Assembly: GCA_965248755.1 (NCBI GenBank)
Contig: OZ252149.1
Location: 3,936,001 to 4,000,000, forward strand
Direction: 5' to 3'
DNA length: 64,000 bases
From: Candidatus Latescibacterota bacterium
Lineage (GTDB): Bacteria > Latescibacterota > CBDEFO01
Both the position numbers and the translations under genes were made by a program. The notes below the pieces were generated by a model. It searched no databases, was not told the origin of the DNA, and saw nothing but the letters and a program-made list of their open reading frames with translations. Of the stretch, positions 1 through 10,353 are shown piece by piece; the stretch's first letter is position 1, and each line of letters opens with the position of its first letter.

Positions 1-42
1 AGAGGAGTAGGGGTGCTCCTCCGCTCTCTGAAACTTTCTTTC

Positions 43-435
43 TCAGGCTACTGCGGTTTCGACTGTGGTAGCCTTTCTTCTTTCATCTCTCCGCTCTTCG
101 AGCAACCCAGCATCAATAGCGTTGTTGCACTTAAGGCACTCAAAGAGCTGTACCGACCCTTCAGTTGTGTCGCACACTGTATAGGTCATATAGCCCCTGC
201 AGTGCTGACAGATCGTAGTCTGTGCTACATAAGCTTGATGCGTGCAGACCTGATGTCCGTCGTGGCTATAGCTCCCACCATTGTTTATCAGGGCATCTGG
301 ACAGTCGCATGTGCCGGATATGATGTCTACGTGATACTGGACATCCTCATGATTCGTCACAGTCCCGATGCCGTCCTGGATCAAGTAGATTCGATAGCCT
401 TCCTCTACCGCTGTCTGAAGATCTGCCTTTCTCAT
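43..435 (-). CDS. SWIM-type zinc finger protein with a second CxxC...CxxC zinc ribbon
   Basis: CDCPD...CTH (SWIM CxC-Xn-CxH) plus CQHC/CLKC; AAGGAGGT RBS precedes ATG at 435. Confidence 0.65.
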   Translation of the reverse strand: MRKADLQTAVEEGYRIYLIQDGIGTVTNHEDVQYHVDIISGTCDCPDALINNGGSYSHDGHQVCTHQAYVAQTTICQHCRGYMTYTVCDTTEGSVQLFECLKCNNAIDAGLLEERRDERRKATTVETAVA

Positions 436-489
436 CAGTTTCACCTCCTTTGTTGCTTAAGATCCTAATTATATTGCCTATTCTACTAC

Positions 490-594
490 CTATAATATAT
501 AATGTACTGCTTAGTATGTCAAGCATTTTATTCAGGACAATACAATTTATTTTTAGAATGCTTGACATTATGCATTATAGACTATATATTATAG
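490..594. promoter_or_regulatory. Back-to-back mirror-image sigma70 promoters
   Basis: + strand TTGACA(562-567)-N17-TATATT(585-590); - strand TTGACA(522-517)-N17-TATATT(499-494); inverted repeats ATGTCAAGCATT/AATGCTTGACAT and CTATAATATATA/TATATATTATAG. Confidence 0.75.
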
Positions 595-620
595 AGTGAA
601 ACTGGACGGAGGTTAAATTT

Positions 621-836
621 TTGATCATCTGTAAACTTAATGAGCTAATGGGAAAGCAACGAAAGAGGGTTTCCGATTTAGCAAGAGAGACGGCTTTAAA
701 TCGCAATACAATTACAAGCTTCTATAGTGATAATGCACAAGGCATTAACTATAACACCTTAGACAAGCTCTGCAAGGCATTAGAATGCACTCCTGGTGAT
801 CTCCTCGAATACATCCCTGATGAGAGTTCCCTATAA
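621..836 (+). CDS. Xre/Cro-CI family HTH transcriptional regulator
   Basis: 71 aa; DLARETALNRNTIT...TLDKLCKALECTPGDLLEY is typical of HTH_26/YozG-like proteins; GGAGG RBS. Confidence 0.85.
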   Translation: MIICKLNELMGKQRKRVSDLARETALNRNTITSFYSDNAQGINYNTLDKLCKALECTPGDLLEYIPDESSL

Positions 837-845
837 AGGCCACGT

Positions 846-1100
846 TCTTCCTTCCAACTTCTGCAACTTCGGATTCAGGCTGGAGAAGTTAAAAACCCTT
901 ACTGTGACTGACTTTCAGTAACTTCTTCTACTTCTTGTGGGAGAGATGTACCCCTGTGTGTCTGGTGCGGATTGTTGCCAACTTTTCACACCACACACCC
1001 CCTGTCTCTTTAGTTGGAGAAGTGGAAGAAGTATGTAAAAGCCAGATAGTAGCTGACAAAACCACTTTTCCACCCCTTTTCTGAAGTTGGAGAAGTTCAA
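846..1100. repeat. Short iterated AACTTC/GAAGTT motifs downstream of the replicase (candidate origin)
   Basis: CCAACTTCTGCAACTTC, GGAGAAGTT, TAACTTCTTCTACTTC, GTTGGAGAAGTGGAAGAAGT and GAAGTTGGAGAAGTT occur in both orientations. Confidence 0.4.
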
Positions 1101-1161
1101 TGATCTGTGCGCTCTATCACCACTACTGGTGCCGTCATAGCATATACCCCCAAAGCCTATC

Positions 1162-3696
1162 CTATGGATCCCGCCATAACCCATCATCGCTGCTATTCAC
1201 AAGACCACAGGAGCCCAGATAGGATTCAGCTTCAGCCTTGGTTATACCACAGGACACCGCAAGTCCTGCTGAGTCTACAAAGCCGCTCATTCCAAGTCGC
1301 TCTACGATATACACCTTAACTTCGTCTCTGTCTATCTGATCAAAGTCCAAACCAGGAGGTGCCTCTTCCTCTACTACCCCGTCTGGAGAACCATCACGAG
1401 CAGATTCCAGCTTGGGCATTTTCTCCATCCCATCCAGCCGTTTTTTGAGATCCTCTGGCGTCAGAAGCCCTTCGACCTCCGGTGCATCTGGATCCCCACT
1501 GAATTCCAACTTGTATTTGTAAGCTTTCCCCTGTCCACCTTCCTGTACCTCGATATATTCCAGTTGTATGAGCTGCCCCAACTGCTTGACCAGATCCTTA
1601 TCATTACTGAAGTCATAGTCCATCTTTTTGCCGTGCTCCTGAACGTTTTTGCGCGTGAGGCTAGCTTCCGCTATCCCTTTTATATTCACGTAATCCATAA
1701 TTACCTTCAACACTTTTCGACTCCTGTCTGATAGCTCATCCAGCGTCCGCCGCAGTACCTTTAAACCGATTTCATAGGACAGCTTATAATCCTGTAAATC
1801 AGCCACGATATACTTAATTCCATCATTTGTTTCTTTGATCTGCCTCTGTTTCTGGTGGAGGAATGCAATAACTTTGATAAACTGTACAAACCGAGCACTG
1901 TCCCTACGATTCCTTATGGTATCTGCTGGAAATTGCAATAAGTGGGCATAGGGGATACTCACTTCAATACGCTCCAACAGACGCTGGACGTTGTGATGGA
2001 GCTTCTTGACCTGTTCTCGCTTGGGACTATCGGACAGATATTCAAGAGAAGCTTTTTTCAAATTGAAACTGACTATCTCCTTTGTCTGTTTAACCGACTC
2101 ATCTAAGTACATTTCAAAAATACGTGTGGAGTTTTCATCATAGACATCCCCTGCCGTTGTGGTCACAACTGTCGCACAGTAAACATCCTTCTCATCTACA
2201 TCGGCTTTCATCTTATTTGTCTGGGGATCTTGGATCGTCACAAGTCTGGCTAATCTTCCCTCCGATTGTAGGACCCTGAGCGTTGGCATTATTTCGTCCG
2301 CACCATCAAGCTCCTGAATTAGTAAGAACTTGTGCTGGATGTCCTCTTCGTTCACATACTCCAACGCCCTTGCCGATACGCTGGATAAGATCAACTTCCC
2401 CTCCGGTGGAATGAACTCTGCAATTATATTGACCAGATAAGATTTTCCTGTAGAACTTTGCGCAAAGATGATAACGTTTATCGGAACTTCCATCAAGCGG
2501 CTGGTAGCTGCCAGATAGAGGAACTTTATGTTGATCTCTTCTCCCACAATACCTCCTGCCTCTGAGATGTCCTTTTGAATCCGCTGCAAGAGGTGTGGAT
2601 CTTTGAGATACTCCAGTGCTTGCCGCTTCTCCTCCTCCGATAGAGTAAATTGGACTTTCTTCTCTTCCCCCAAGCGCTCGAACTCCTCCATCTGTGCTTG
2701 TTTGTCCAGTTCCTCTCGAAGTTTGGTAATGTTAGCCTTGAGAGCTCTCCCAGCAGCATAGTCGAAACAATTAAACTTTTTAGTGAATTTCTGGATGTAG
2801 CCTTCCTGTTTGAGTTTGTTTAACGTTGCAAGGTCATTTAAAAGCCCGCGCTCCTCAATCTCTCCTGTAAGGTCATATAGCTCCAGATCAGGGGAAAGTT
2901 CATCGATAGCTTTATCTATGTCCACGTGATCCGGTTCGCCGGAAGATTTCTTTTCTTCTGCCTTTTCTATGCTTCTGATGACATTCCACAATTCTTTTTC
3001 ATCAAGAGGTGGATTGTTATTCTGATTCCAAACAGACATGATAGCAAGAACTTCGTCCACTGAAAGCCCCTGTCTGATAAATTTTCCAGCCAGCCTTGCG
3101 GCCGTATCGTTTCGCTGCCCTTCAGGGACACCTTCGGCGATTTCAGATAAGAGCGGTTTGCCATTATAGACTCCCGTAGATTCTTTGTACATATCTATAA
3201 TCCACTGTGGACATTCTGCTGGCCCCTGTTTATCAGGTCCGATTTGCCACTCATAAAGTCCGTTATCGTTATGTGATGGTGGTACAACAACATAGCCCCC
3301 ATTAGCTCGTAGATCTATCCCTCTCCGCTTTGCGAAATTCCTCAGTAGCCGTGCATCCTCTTCCTCCTTTGGCATGGCAAAGAAATAGTGACGCCCACCA
3401 GATCCAGTTTTACTGTATACAGTAGGCGTTCCGTCGTCCAACTCTTTAAATGTCTTCATCCCTTCTTCGCCATCGATATCGACCACTACTAAGTTTGAGA
3501 TCGTTCCCGTAACTATACCTATCTGAGCATCCGGATACTGTTCTGCCCATATTTCAATCTGTTCTCTATCTACTCCTATCCTTTGCAATTCTCTCCACTC
3601 CACACAGGGAACTTTATTCTTCCACACCGGCATAGGTGTCCAACCATATTTTAGATACCGCACCGCCGCTTCTCTGAAGTTACCTCTCGATTTCAT
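1162..3696 (-). CDS. Bifunctional DNA primase/polymerase (Prim-Pol) + PriCT-1 + P-loop helicase, mobile-element replicase
   Basis: Prim-Pol motifs VVDID, TGSGGRHYFF, GIDLRANGGYVVVPPS; PriCT GQRNDT...WNQNNNPPL; Walker A AQSSTGKS and Walker B-like LLIQE. Confidence 0.85.
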   Translation of the reverse strand: MKSRGNFREAAVRYLKYGWTPMPVWKNKVPCVEWRELQRIGVDREQIEIWAEQYPDAQIGIVTGTISNLVVVDIDGEEGMKTFKELDDGTPTVYSKTGSGGRHYFFAMPKEEEDARLLRNFAKRRGIDLRANGGYVVVPPSHNDNGLYEWQIGPDKQGPAECPQWIIDMYKESTGVYNGKPLLSEIAEGVPEGQRNDTAARLAGKFIRQGLSVDEVLAIMSVWNQNNNPPLDEKELWNVIRSIEKAEEKKSSGEPDHVDIDKAIDELSPDLELYDLTGEIEERGLLNDLATLNKLKQEGYIQKFTKKFNCFDYAAGRALKANITKLREELDKQAQMEEFERLGEEKKVQFTLSEEEKRQALEYLKDPHLLQRIQKDISEAGGIVGEEINIKFLYLAATSRLMEVPINVIIFAQSSTGKSYLVNIIAEFIPPEGKLILSSVSARALEYVNEEDIQHKFLLIQELDGADEIMPTLRVLQSEGRLARLVTIQDPQTNKMKADVDEKDVYCATVVTTTAGDVYDENSTRIFEMYLDESVKQTKEIVSFNLKKASLEYLSDSPKREQVKKLHHNVQRLLERIEVSIPYAHLLQFPADTIRNRRDSARFVQFIKVIAFLHQKQRQIKETNDGIKYIVADLQDYKLSYEIGLKVLRRTLDELSDRSRKVLKVIMDYVNIKGIAEASLTRKNVQEHGKKMDYDFSNDKDLVKQLGQLIQLEYIEVQEGGQGKAYKYKLEFSGDPDAPEVEGLLTPEDLKKRLDGMEKMPKLESARDGSPDGVVEEEAPPGLDFDQIDRDEVKVYIVERLGMSGFVDSAGLAVSCGITKAEAESYLGSCGLVNSSDDGLWRDP

Positions 3697-4009
3697 TCTC
3701 TTCCTCGCCGGGGAAAACTTCATCTTGTATTCGTTTTACTTCTTCGTGATCATCACCGGCGGATATCATAATAAGTTGACAAATGAAATAGTGTAACCAC
3801 CCGTTTAAATGATAAGCGCTCGCTGCCAACTCGTTTAAAGGCTCAGTAAGCCGCTTTACATTCATGATGTCGATAACCTGTGGCTTGTTTGCAGGTTGTA
3901 TTTTTACATGTAGAAGCCTCTTGAAATCTTCCATGGCTTCCATCATGTCGTTAAGAAGCATCCCTGGTTGACCTCCCTGCTCCACAACATCTTTTACTGT
4001 TCGATGCAC
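3680..4009 (-). CDS. Hypothetical protein, overlaps the replicase start
   Basis: 109-aa ORF with GAGGTG RBS; no recognised motif. Confidence 0.55.
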   Translation of the reverse strand: MHRTVKDVVEQGGQPGMLLNDMMEAMEDFKRLLHVKIQPANKPQVIDIMNVKRLTEPLNELAASAYHLNGWLHYFICQLIMISAGDDHEEVKRIQDEVFPGEEENEIER

Positions 4010-4278
4010 AATATCACCTCATCAAGTTGTGTGGCCATCTGACAATCTCCACTCCTTGTTTTCAAGAACTTGCAGTTGCTGAATAATAGCCCAAGAATTA
4101 GATTCTCTTCCTTAAGTGCGCTTCCATTCCCAGCTCTTGACGTCAACCTGTTCCAAAAGCTGCTGCTGAAGGCGTTGCTAGAAGATTAACACGTTGCATC
4201 TTCTTCATATCCATATTCTCCGGGGCAATTCTACTTAACTCACACGTGTCAATACGTCAAGCTCCTTTGACATGGCTC

Positions 4279-4590
4279 TCACCTTAATCCATCATCAACG
4301 CTGCCCCGGTGGAATCGTTGAAACCATTTCAGGACTTCGTCTTTATCAAAGGTTAGGTATTTGCCACATTTGAAGTGCGGAATCTGTCCTGTACGCGTGC
4401 GATCGTAGATCCAGGAGAGAGGGACCCTCAGCATTTCCGCGACCTCCTTAACCTTAAGCATCGTAGATCCGTCAGGTATTACCTTCTTGCCCTTCCATAC
4501 AGGTTGTGTATCCTGTTCCTTTCGATCTCCTCCGAATTTCTCCAACTGTCGACCATTTACCTTCCTGTCTTTCGTACCCATATTATCCAT
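4279..4590 (-). CDS. Excisionase/AlpA-like HTH (HTH_17) DNA-binding protein
   Basis: MLKVKEVAEMLRVPLSWIYDRTRTGQIPHFKCGKYLTF matches the Xis-family HTH pattern. Confidence 0.8.
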   Translation of the reverse strand: MDNMGTKDRKVNGRQLEKFGGDRKEQDTQPVWKGKKVIPDGSTMLKVKEVAEMLRVPLSWIYDRTRTGQIPHFKCGKYLTFDKDEVLKWFQRFHRGSVDDGLR

Positions 4591-4921
4591 TATGATACCT
4601 TTCAGTTAATTTCCTTCGTCTGGCAGGGTTCTGGTCGAATATAGCTATAATCGAAATTTTTAGTTTTTCTGCCATACATGGTCTCCTGTATTGTCTTTAT
4701 GTTATTTTACGTGATATTCTTCTTGACCTGTGCAAACATTTATCGTATCTTGTGTACAGGAAGAGGGGGACGCCGTACCCCAAAATTAAAGGGGCACTTT
4801 CTATCCGGCATAGAGGGATAAATACCTTCACCAGTATTTCCTTGCCTGACTGAAATGATCAGGCGTATGCTTCTTTTCTTTTCCTATTTGCGCTTATCGC
4901 CCTGCCCGGCGATGGGCGCTT

Positions 4922-5152
4922 TTACTTTGGTGTAGTTGCCTCCCGATCCTCCAAAAATATTTCCCCTACATTAACCCCAAGTCCATCCGCGATCCTCTGT
5001 TGTTCATCTTCTCTGGGCCGAATCCACCCATGCAAGATTGCTGAAAACTTCTGCTCTATAATCTTGGCTTGTTTCGCTAAACTGCGGTGAGATCGCCCGC
5101 TCCTTGCTATTTCAATTTGCAGCGCTCTATTCGTGTAGGGAGTGCTGTGCAT
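4922..5152 (-). CDS. Xre-family HTH regulator (Cro-like)
   Basis: SLAKQAKIIEQKFSAILHGWIRP...RIADGLGVNVGEIF; AGGAGG RBS. Confidence 0.75.
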   Translation of the reverse strand: MHSTPYTNRALQIEIARSGRSHRSLAKQAKIIEQKFSAILHGWIRPREDEQQRIADGLGVNVGEIFLEDREATTPK

Positions 5153-5485
5153 CTAAACCTCCTTCTAATACCAATAAAGTTTGAAGGGAACTCCGTTACA
5201 TGCAATAGTAATATAACCAATGTTGCTCATCTTCGCAAGGTCTACTTTCTAGAGCCACAACTCTTTGCGGAGATATATAGTTCCCCTTACACTTCCACGA
5301 TAGGCGAGTATACTGCACGAGGGGAACTTGGAAAGCAAACGTATTAGCAAGTTCCCCTAATTGGTGTTATTACAGGGGATATGAAATTGTGAGGGAATAT
5401 AAGTTTTTCGGAGGAGAGAACAAAGAAGCTGTGGAACTCATTGATATTACAGAGGATACAAAACTAATAGAATATATAATGTTTT

Positions 5486-6262
5486 TTAAGTATTTTTTCG
5501 GAGCCTCATTTTTTTCTTTTCCTCGTTGTCAAATTGTCTTGCATGATCCGTGTCCGGGCAAAAGTATCGGCCAGATTGCGCTGTTCGGTATGCGATAAAA
5601 TAAGGGCTCCCTTCAGGACAGTTCTTCCAGTGGCAGCGTTGGACTTTCCACAGTATGTCCCGATTATCCTCTATAAAACAGATAATATCTCGTGTTAGAT
5701 AGAAAGTTGTCGTATCCAGTTCACTGAGATCAGCGTCCAGCCTCCTGTGAAACTTGATCAGTCTGACAGTGGCTTTTTGTAATACCTCAACGGTTCCATC
5801 ACCAAAAGAAAGCGACGGTAACGTTGGGAGTATCTCTTCACTATATAGATAGTACCAGTCGTTTATATCCTTTAGAACACCCCTGTCACTTTCACTTATT
5901 ACGCCTATATTTATGCTCTCTTTCCCTATCTTGTAATACTCGTGCTCTCCTTTTGCCATCTCCAGCAATACTTCAAAGCGGTTCTTAATGCGTTTGATGC
6001 AGGCTTTCCAATTAGGAAAACTGGATTCTAAAAGGTACTCCTTATGAGCTTTAAGTTGAGGATGATCTACAATCTCCGGTAGTATCGATGGTGTAGCCAT
6101 GAGCCCATCTTTGTCAAAAGAGTCTCTGACAAAGTCCAAAAAGTTCATGACATCTTCTGCCTTGTCAAACTTCGTATTCAGGAATCTCATGAATAGGGGT
6201 ATTTTCTCTTCTTTACTATGCTTATCTGAACGTGTTTTGCTTTTCTTCATTCTCCTTGCCAT
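5486..6262 (-). CDS. Hypothetical protein with a C-terminal CGNR-like zinc finger
   Basis: RCHWKNC..YF......RYFCPDTDH followed by a basic tail; GGAGG RBS. Confidence 0.5.
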   Translation of the reverse strand: MARRMKKSKTRSDKHSKEEKIPLFMRFLNTKFDKAEDVMNFLDFVRDSFDKDGLMATPSILPEIVDHPQLKAHKEYLLESSFPNWKACIKRIKNRFEVLLEMAKGEHEYYKIGKESINIGVISESDRGVLKDINDWYYLYSEEILPTLPSLSFGDGTVEVLQKATVRLIKFHRRLDADLSELDTTTFYLTRDIICFIEDNRDILWKVQRCHWKNCPEGSPYFIAYRTAQSGRYFCPDTDHARQFDNEEKKKMRLRKNT

Positions 6263-6698
6263 CGCCTATTCCTCCGATCTCATCCCTCTTTTATCTTGCC
6301 ATGAGTTTCCTTGTCGAATATTCGTAGACTACTGATCGTCTAACTGTGATCTCCGTTTGGGTACGATTCTTTGAGTTTTTAAAGTGCCTTAGAATTGATC
6401 TGTGGGGGTGAATTTTCATCTTGAATCTCTTACCTATCCCCAAGTGGTCAGTTGGGTCAAAATAGCCCGTGCCTTATACTCCCAGAGATATTGATGCCTT
6501 TGCTGGTAGATTTCAACTACAGACTGTTCCCTGAAATGATCCGATCACGCCTGTACAGGGGGCAATATCACTGTAGAATCGATTCTTTTGACACTGATGG
6601 TATATTCCCCCTGGCTCATTTGAAGCGATTCCTGGGCTATTAGATGACGATTCGGACGCTTTGAGGTCATCTACGAGGCTTGAAAGAGGACTTCCCCT

Positions 6699-7586
6699 TT
6701 ATTTGTTGAAGGTTGACTTGATTCGGCCACAGGTGTCAGCTTCAACCGATACCCAGATGCTGGAATCAAAGGGGGCCAGGTGATAGTCGACGAAGTTGTC
6801 GGCATGATTGTCCAATCTTGTGGCCCCGCTGTTCGTCCAGAAACCGTTGTAGCCATCAACTTCGAGATCGTCATCGTCTATAACGGCAAAGCCTACTCCG
6901 ATTATCGTGCCTTCTTCATAGATATGTATTACGCTGTCATCAACACTCCTAAAATCTATATCGTCAAATCCCATGAAGTATGTCTCCACATTCAGCGTTC
7001 CTGGTCCACCTGCTTCACCTTGAAAGGTCCAGTGCAGGTCGGCATAAGGAGGCAATCCGGGCCACAAGGCTGCTCCCCAAAACCAGATCGGATGCTCTCT
7101 TTTCAGAAAATAGTGATAGTTCTGAGCCTGAGCTGAGTTGTACCTGTCCGGGTCCAGATCCAGCTTGTGCATATCTTGGTACTGGCCACCGCTGTGATCA
7201 GCATCGATGACCCACTCGAGCATCTCGTAAATGCCTTCTGATGCTTGGTAAAGAGAGACGTCGTCGTACCTATCCTCCATCGTATATATCAGGTTGGTCA
7301 CCGGACTCCATCCCACGATTATCCTTTCGGCAAGGCTAGAGGAGTCCGGATCCCCTAGGCCCCTGACAGTCTCTATCAGATCATTGTGAGTCACCCACAG
7401 CGAATCAGGGACGTTAGCCCACTCGCTAAGGTCGCCGTCTACTTCAATATTCTTGAACTCACTGGTATTGACAGGCACCTGGATAGCAACGAAGGTCTTA
7501 TCTGACCGCAGGTGAGCAGAACCCATACTGATAGCAAGAAACACGAATCCCAGCGCTATGAATACCGCAAATAGTGTTTTCAGCGT
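6699..7586 (-). CDS. Secreted sugar-binding (CBM9/DOMON-like) protein with a C-terminal T(W)GRIK tag; start codon looks degenerate
   Basis: IEVDGDLSEW motif; C-terminus SVEADTCGRIKSTF; signal-like peptide begins at ACG/CTG (7586/7583) after AAAGGA. Confidence 0.55.
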   Translation of the reverse strand, partial: TLKTLFAVFIALGFVFLAISMGSAHLRSDKTFVAIQVPVNTSEFKNIEVDGDLSEWANVPDSLWVTHNDLIETVRGLGDPDSSSLAERIIVGWSPVTNLIYTMEDRYDDVSLYQASEGIYEMLEWVIDADHSGGQYQDMHKLDLDPDRYNSAQAQNYHYFLKREHPIWFWGAALWPGLPPYADLHWTFQGEAGGPGTLNVETYFMGFDDIDFRSVDDSVIHIYEEGTIIGVGFAVIDDDDLEVDGYNGFWTNSGATRLDNHADNFVDYHLAPFDSSIWVSVEADTCGRIKSTFNK

Positions 7587-7731
7587 GATATCCTTTCGTT
7601 GTGGATGACTAACTGGATCCTACCGCATCAAGACCAGCTTTCTTGTCTGAACAAATCCATCCGCTTCCAATCGATACAGATAGACTCCGATTTATCTTCA
7701 GAGAATCGCTGGTCAATAGATGACTGTAGAA

Positions 7732-9969
7732 CTATGCTGTCCTTCCAAAATTGTCCAGAAAGATTACAAAGTCGGACAGACCGATCTCTCCGTTGCCGTC
7801 TAAATCAAATACAGGATTCCAATCCGCTGAACTGGTCGTCGCCCCGAATACATCCAGAAAAAGGACAAAATCGGAGAGTCCAACCTCACCATCGTTATCA
7901 AAATCACCGGTTAGTGAGGATGGCGAAACATATACAATAGTATCAAATCCAAGGTTCGATACACCTTCGGAGTTCTTCACTTTCAAATACACCGTCTTAG
8001 TTCCATACTCTGCACTCAATGTAAAAGAGGGACTTGTCGAATAAGTTTGCCAGCTTGCTCCGCTAAAACGTGGATCCTCACTTGCAATGTAGTGTGTTGG
8101 ATTATTCGATGAAGTATTATCGAGGGTTACTACCCGGCTTGTCGTTGTTGAAGCTTCATTGTTAATCTCAAAAGTAATCAACGTTGGTGAATTCGGAACC
8201 GATTGAATCTCTGTGGTCACCAAATATGTCGAAGTTCCTCCGTCGTAACGGGAGTATACAAATATGTAGTATATCCCGTCATGGGGTATAGTAATATCCC
8301 TAAGTGGTGAGAGTCCGATAGCTATATATTGCTGGTTAGATGAGTCCATAAGAGCCAGTTACAAGATTGACGAGGGTTCAACACTGAGCGTTACTTTCTG
8401 ACCCTCTGAAAGATTAAGTCCGTGCGTGTTATAGTACTTAACTGTATCCGCGAATTTCTTTGAATCAATTGTCAATTCCCCTGATTCTATGATGGTTGTC
8501 TGTAAGAGGTTCTCATTCCTTTGCTGTTCATCAGCACTTCGCCGATCTACGAAGAAGTTCAGTAGATAGGTCTGAATGTATAAAGAATAGGGCAATAAGA
8601 AATCCTGGAATTTCTGTTGTTTTATGCCAGATGTTATACCACCTGGTGTAAAGACTCCATGTTCGCTTGTATCCTCGTTAATTTCTCTATAAAGCGTGAA
8701 TGCCTGTTGTTCAAGGAAACGAATTCCATCTATTTCATAGAAAGCCTTTTCCTCATCTGAGAATCCAAGGCTATTCGAAACTAATACAACCTGCCCGGTA
8801 GAATCTATGTTGTGAGAAGAAAGGTTTAGAAGCACCGACACACTACTGCTGTAAGAATTAGCCACACCCAAATCATTATTTCCATCACCATTTAAATCAG
8901 CACTGAAAACTGAAGCGGGCATATTCCCAGTTCTATAGTTCAAATGAGGTGCAAACGTCCCATCACCATTATTCAACAACACAGACACAGTATTGCCTAG
9001 TTGATCAGCATATCCCCTATTAGTCACAGCCAGGTCATTATCTCCATCTCCATCTAAATCTGCACTGAAGAGCGAAAAGGGAGCAACACCAACCCCGTAG
9101 TCCACTTTAGGTGCGAACGTCCCATTGCCACTATTCAATAACACTGATATATTATAGCTAAACTGATTAGTCACAGCTAGGTCATTATCACCATCCCCAT
9201 CTAAATCATCACTCAAAACTGATGTTGGACTATCTCCCCCGGTATACTCAATTTTAGAGGCAAACGTCCCATCACCATTATTCAACAGCACGGACACACT
9301 ACTGTTGATGTATTCTTTTAAGCCAGAATGAAATGCTCCCCTATTAGCCACAGCCAGGTCATTATCTCCATCTCCATCTAAATCTGCACTGAATACTGAA
9401 GCGGGATTAATCCCAGCAGGGTAGTTGAGCTTACGTGCAAATGTCCCATTTCCATTATTTAACAACACTGTTACAGTACCGATGAAGCTGGGATACAAGC
9501 CCGCATTAGCCACAGCCAGGTCATTATCTCCATCTCCATCTAAATCTGCACTAAAAATTGATTCAGGAAGCCTCTCAACAGCATAGTCTACCTTAGTTGC
9601 AAATGTCCCATCTCCATTATTTAACAATACTGAGGCGTTAGCACTAAACACATTAGTCACAGCCAGGTCATTATCGCCATCGCTATCTAAATCCGCACTA
9701 AAAATTGATGTGGGAATATCTGCAACGCTATAGTCCACCTTAGTTGCAAATGTCCCATTTCCATTATTTAACAATACTGAAACACCACTCACATTAGTCA
9801 CAGCTATGTCGTTATCACCATCCCCATCTAAATCAGCACTGAAAACTGAAATGCCGAACAGCCAACGGGGATCAAACCCAACATAATAGTCAGTCTTGGG
9901 TCCGAAAAGATCCTGTGCATAGGCAGGCGCATTTAAGGCGACTAACAGGATCAGAGCAGTATAAAACAT
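7732..9969 (-). pseudogene. FG-GAP/VCBS beta-propeller secreted protein with a C-terminal dockerin/EF-hand-like domain; in-frame stop and IS-disrupted start
   Basis: Seven (SA)DLDGDGDNDLAV-type repeats; C-terminal GDFDNDGEVGLSDF/DLDGNGEIGLSDF; in-frame TAA at 8359-8361 joins two same-frame ORFs; native ATG lies at 11251, beyond the IS. Confidence 0.8.
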
Positions 9970-10023
9970 TTCTCGTCATACCGCTCCCCTTGACAGAGCG
10001 ACAAATATTTCGCAAATTGGGGT

Positions 10024-10353
10024 TTGAGAAGGGAGGTCAAGGTGTCGAGCCCCGAAGTGAAAGATGGTAAGCGCTGGACGGCGACCCGTAAGGGAGAGAT
10101 TGTGTTGGCTCTTTTGAGAGGAGCAGATCTATCTGAGGTGTGTCGTAAGAATGGAATTAGCCAGTCGCAGGCGTATGCTTGGCGTGATAGTTTCTTAGAA
10201 GGGGGCCAGGAGAGTCTGAAGTCTCGGCGTGGTCGCAAGGATCCGAAGGAGCGAGAGGTTAGCCGGTTGGAGCGCAAGGTAGGGCAGTTGACGCTCCAGT
10301 TGGAGATACTCGAAGAGGTAGCCCGTCTAAAAAAAACGAAGCGGTTGCCTTGA
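10024..10353 (+). CDS. IS3 transposase OrfA (HTH)
   Basis: RWTATRKGEIVLALLRG...VCRKNGISQSQAYAWRD; A8 slippery run at 10329-10336. Confidence 0.9.
   Translation: MRREVKVSSPEVKDGKRWTATRKGEIVLALLRGADLSEVCRKNGISQSQAYAWRDSFLEGGQESLKSRRGRKDPKEREVSRLERKVGQLTLQLEILEEVARLKKTKRLP

Noticed and set aside
8820..9850. Regular ~150-170-bp repeats resembling an array
   Set aside because: They are coding FG-GAP repeats, not CRISPR repeats or attC sites
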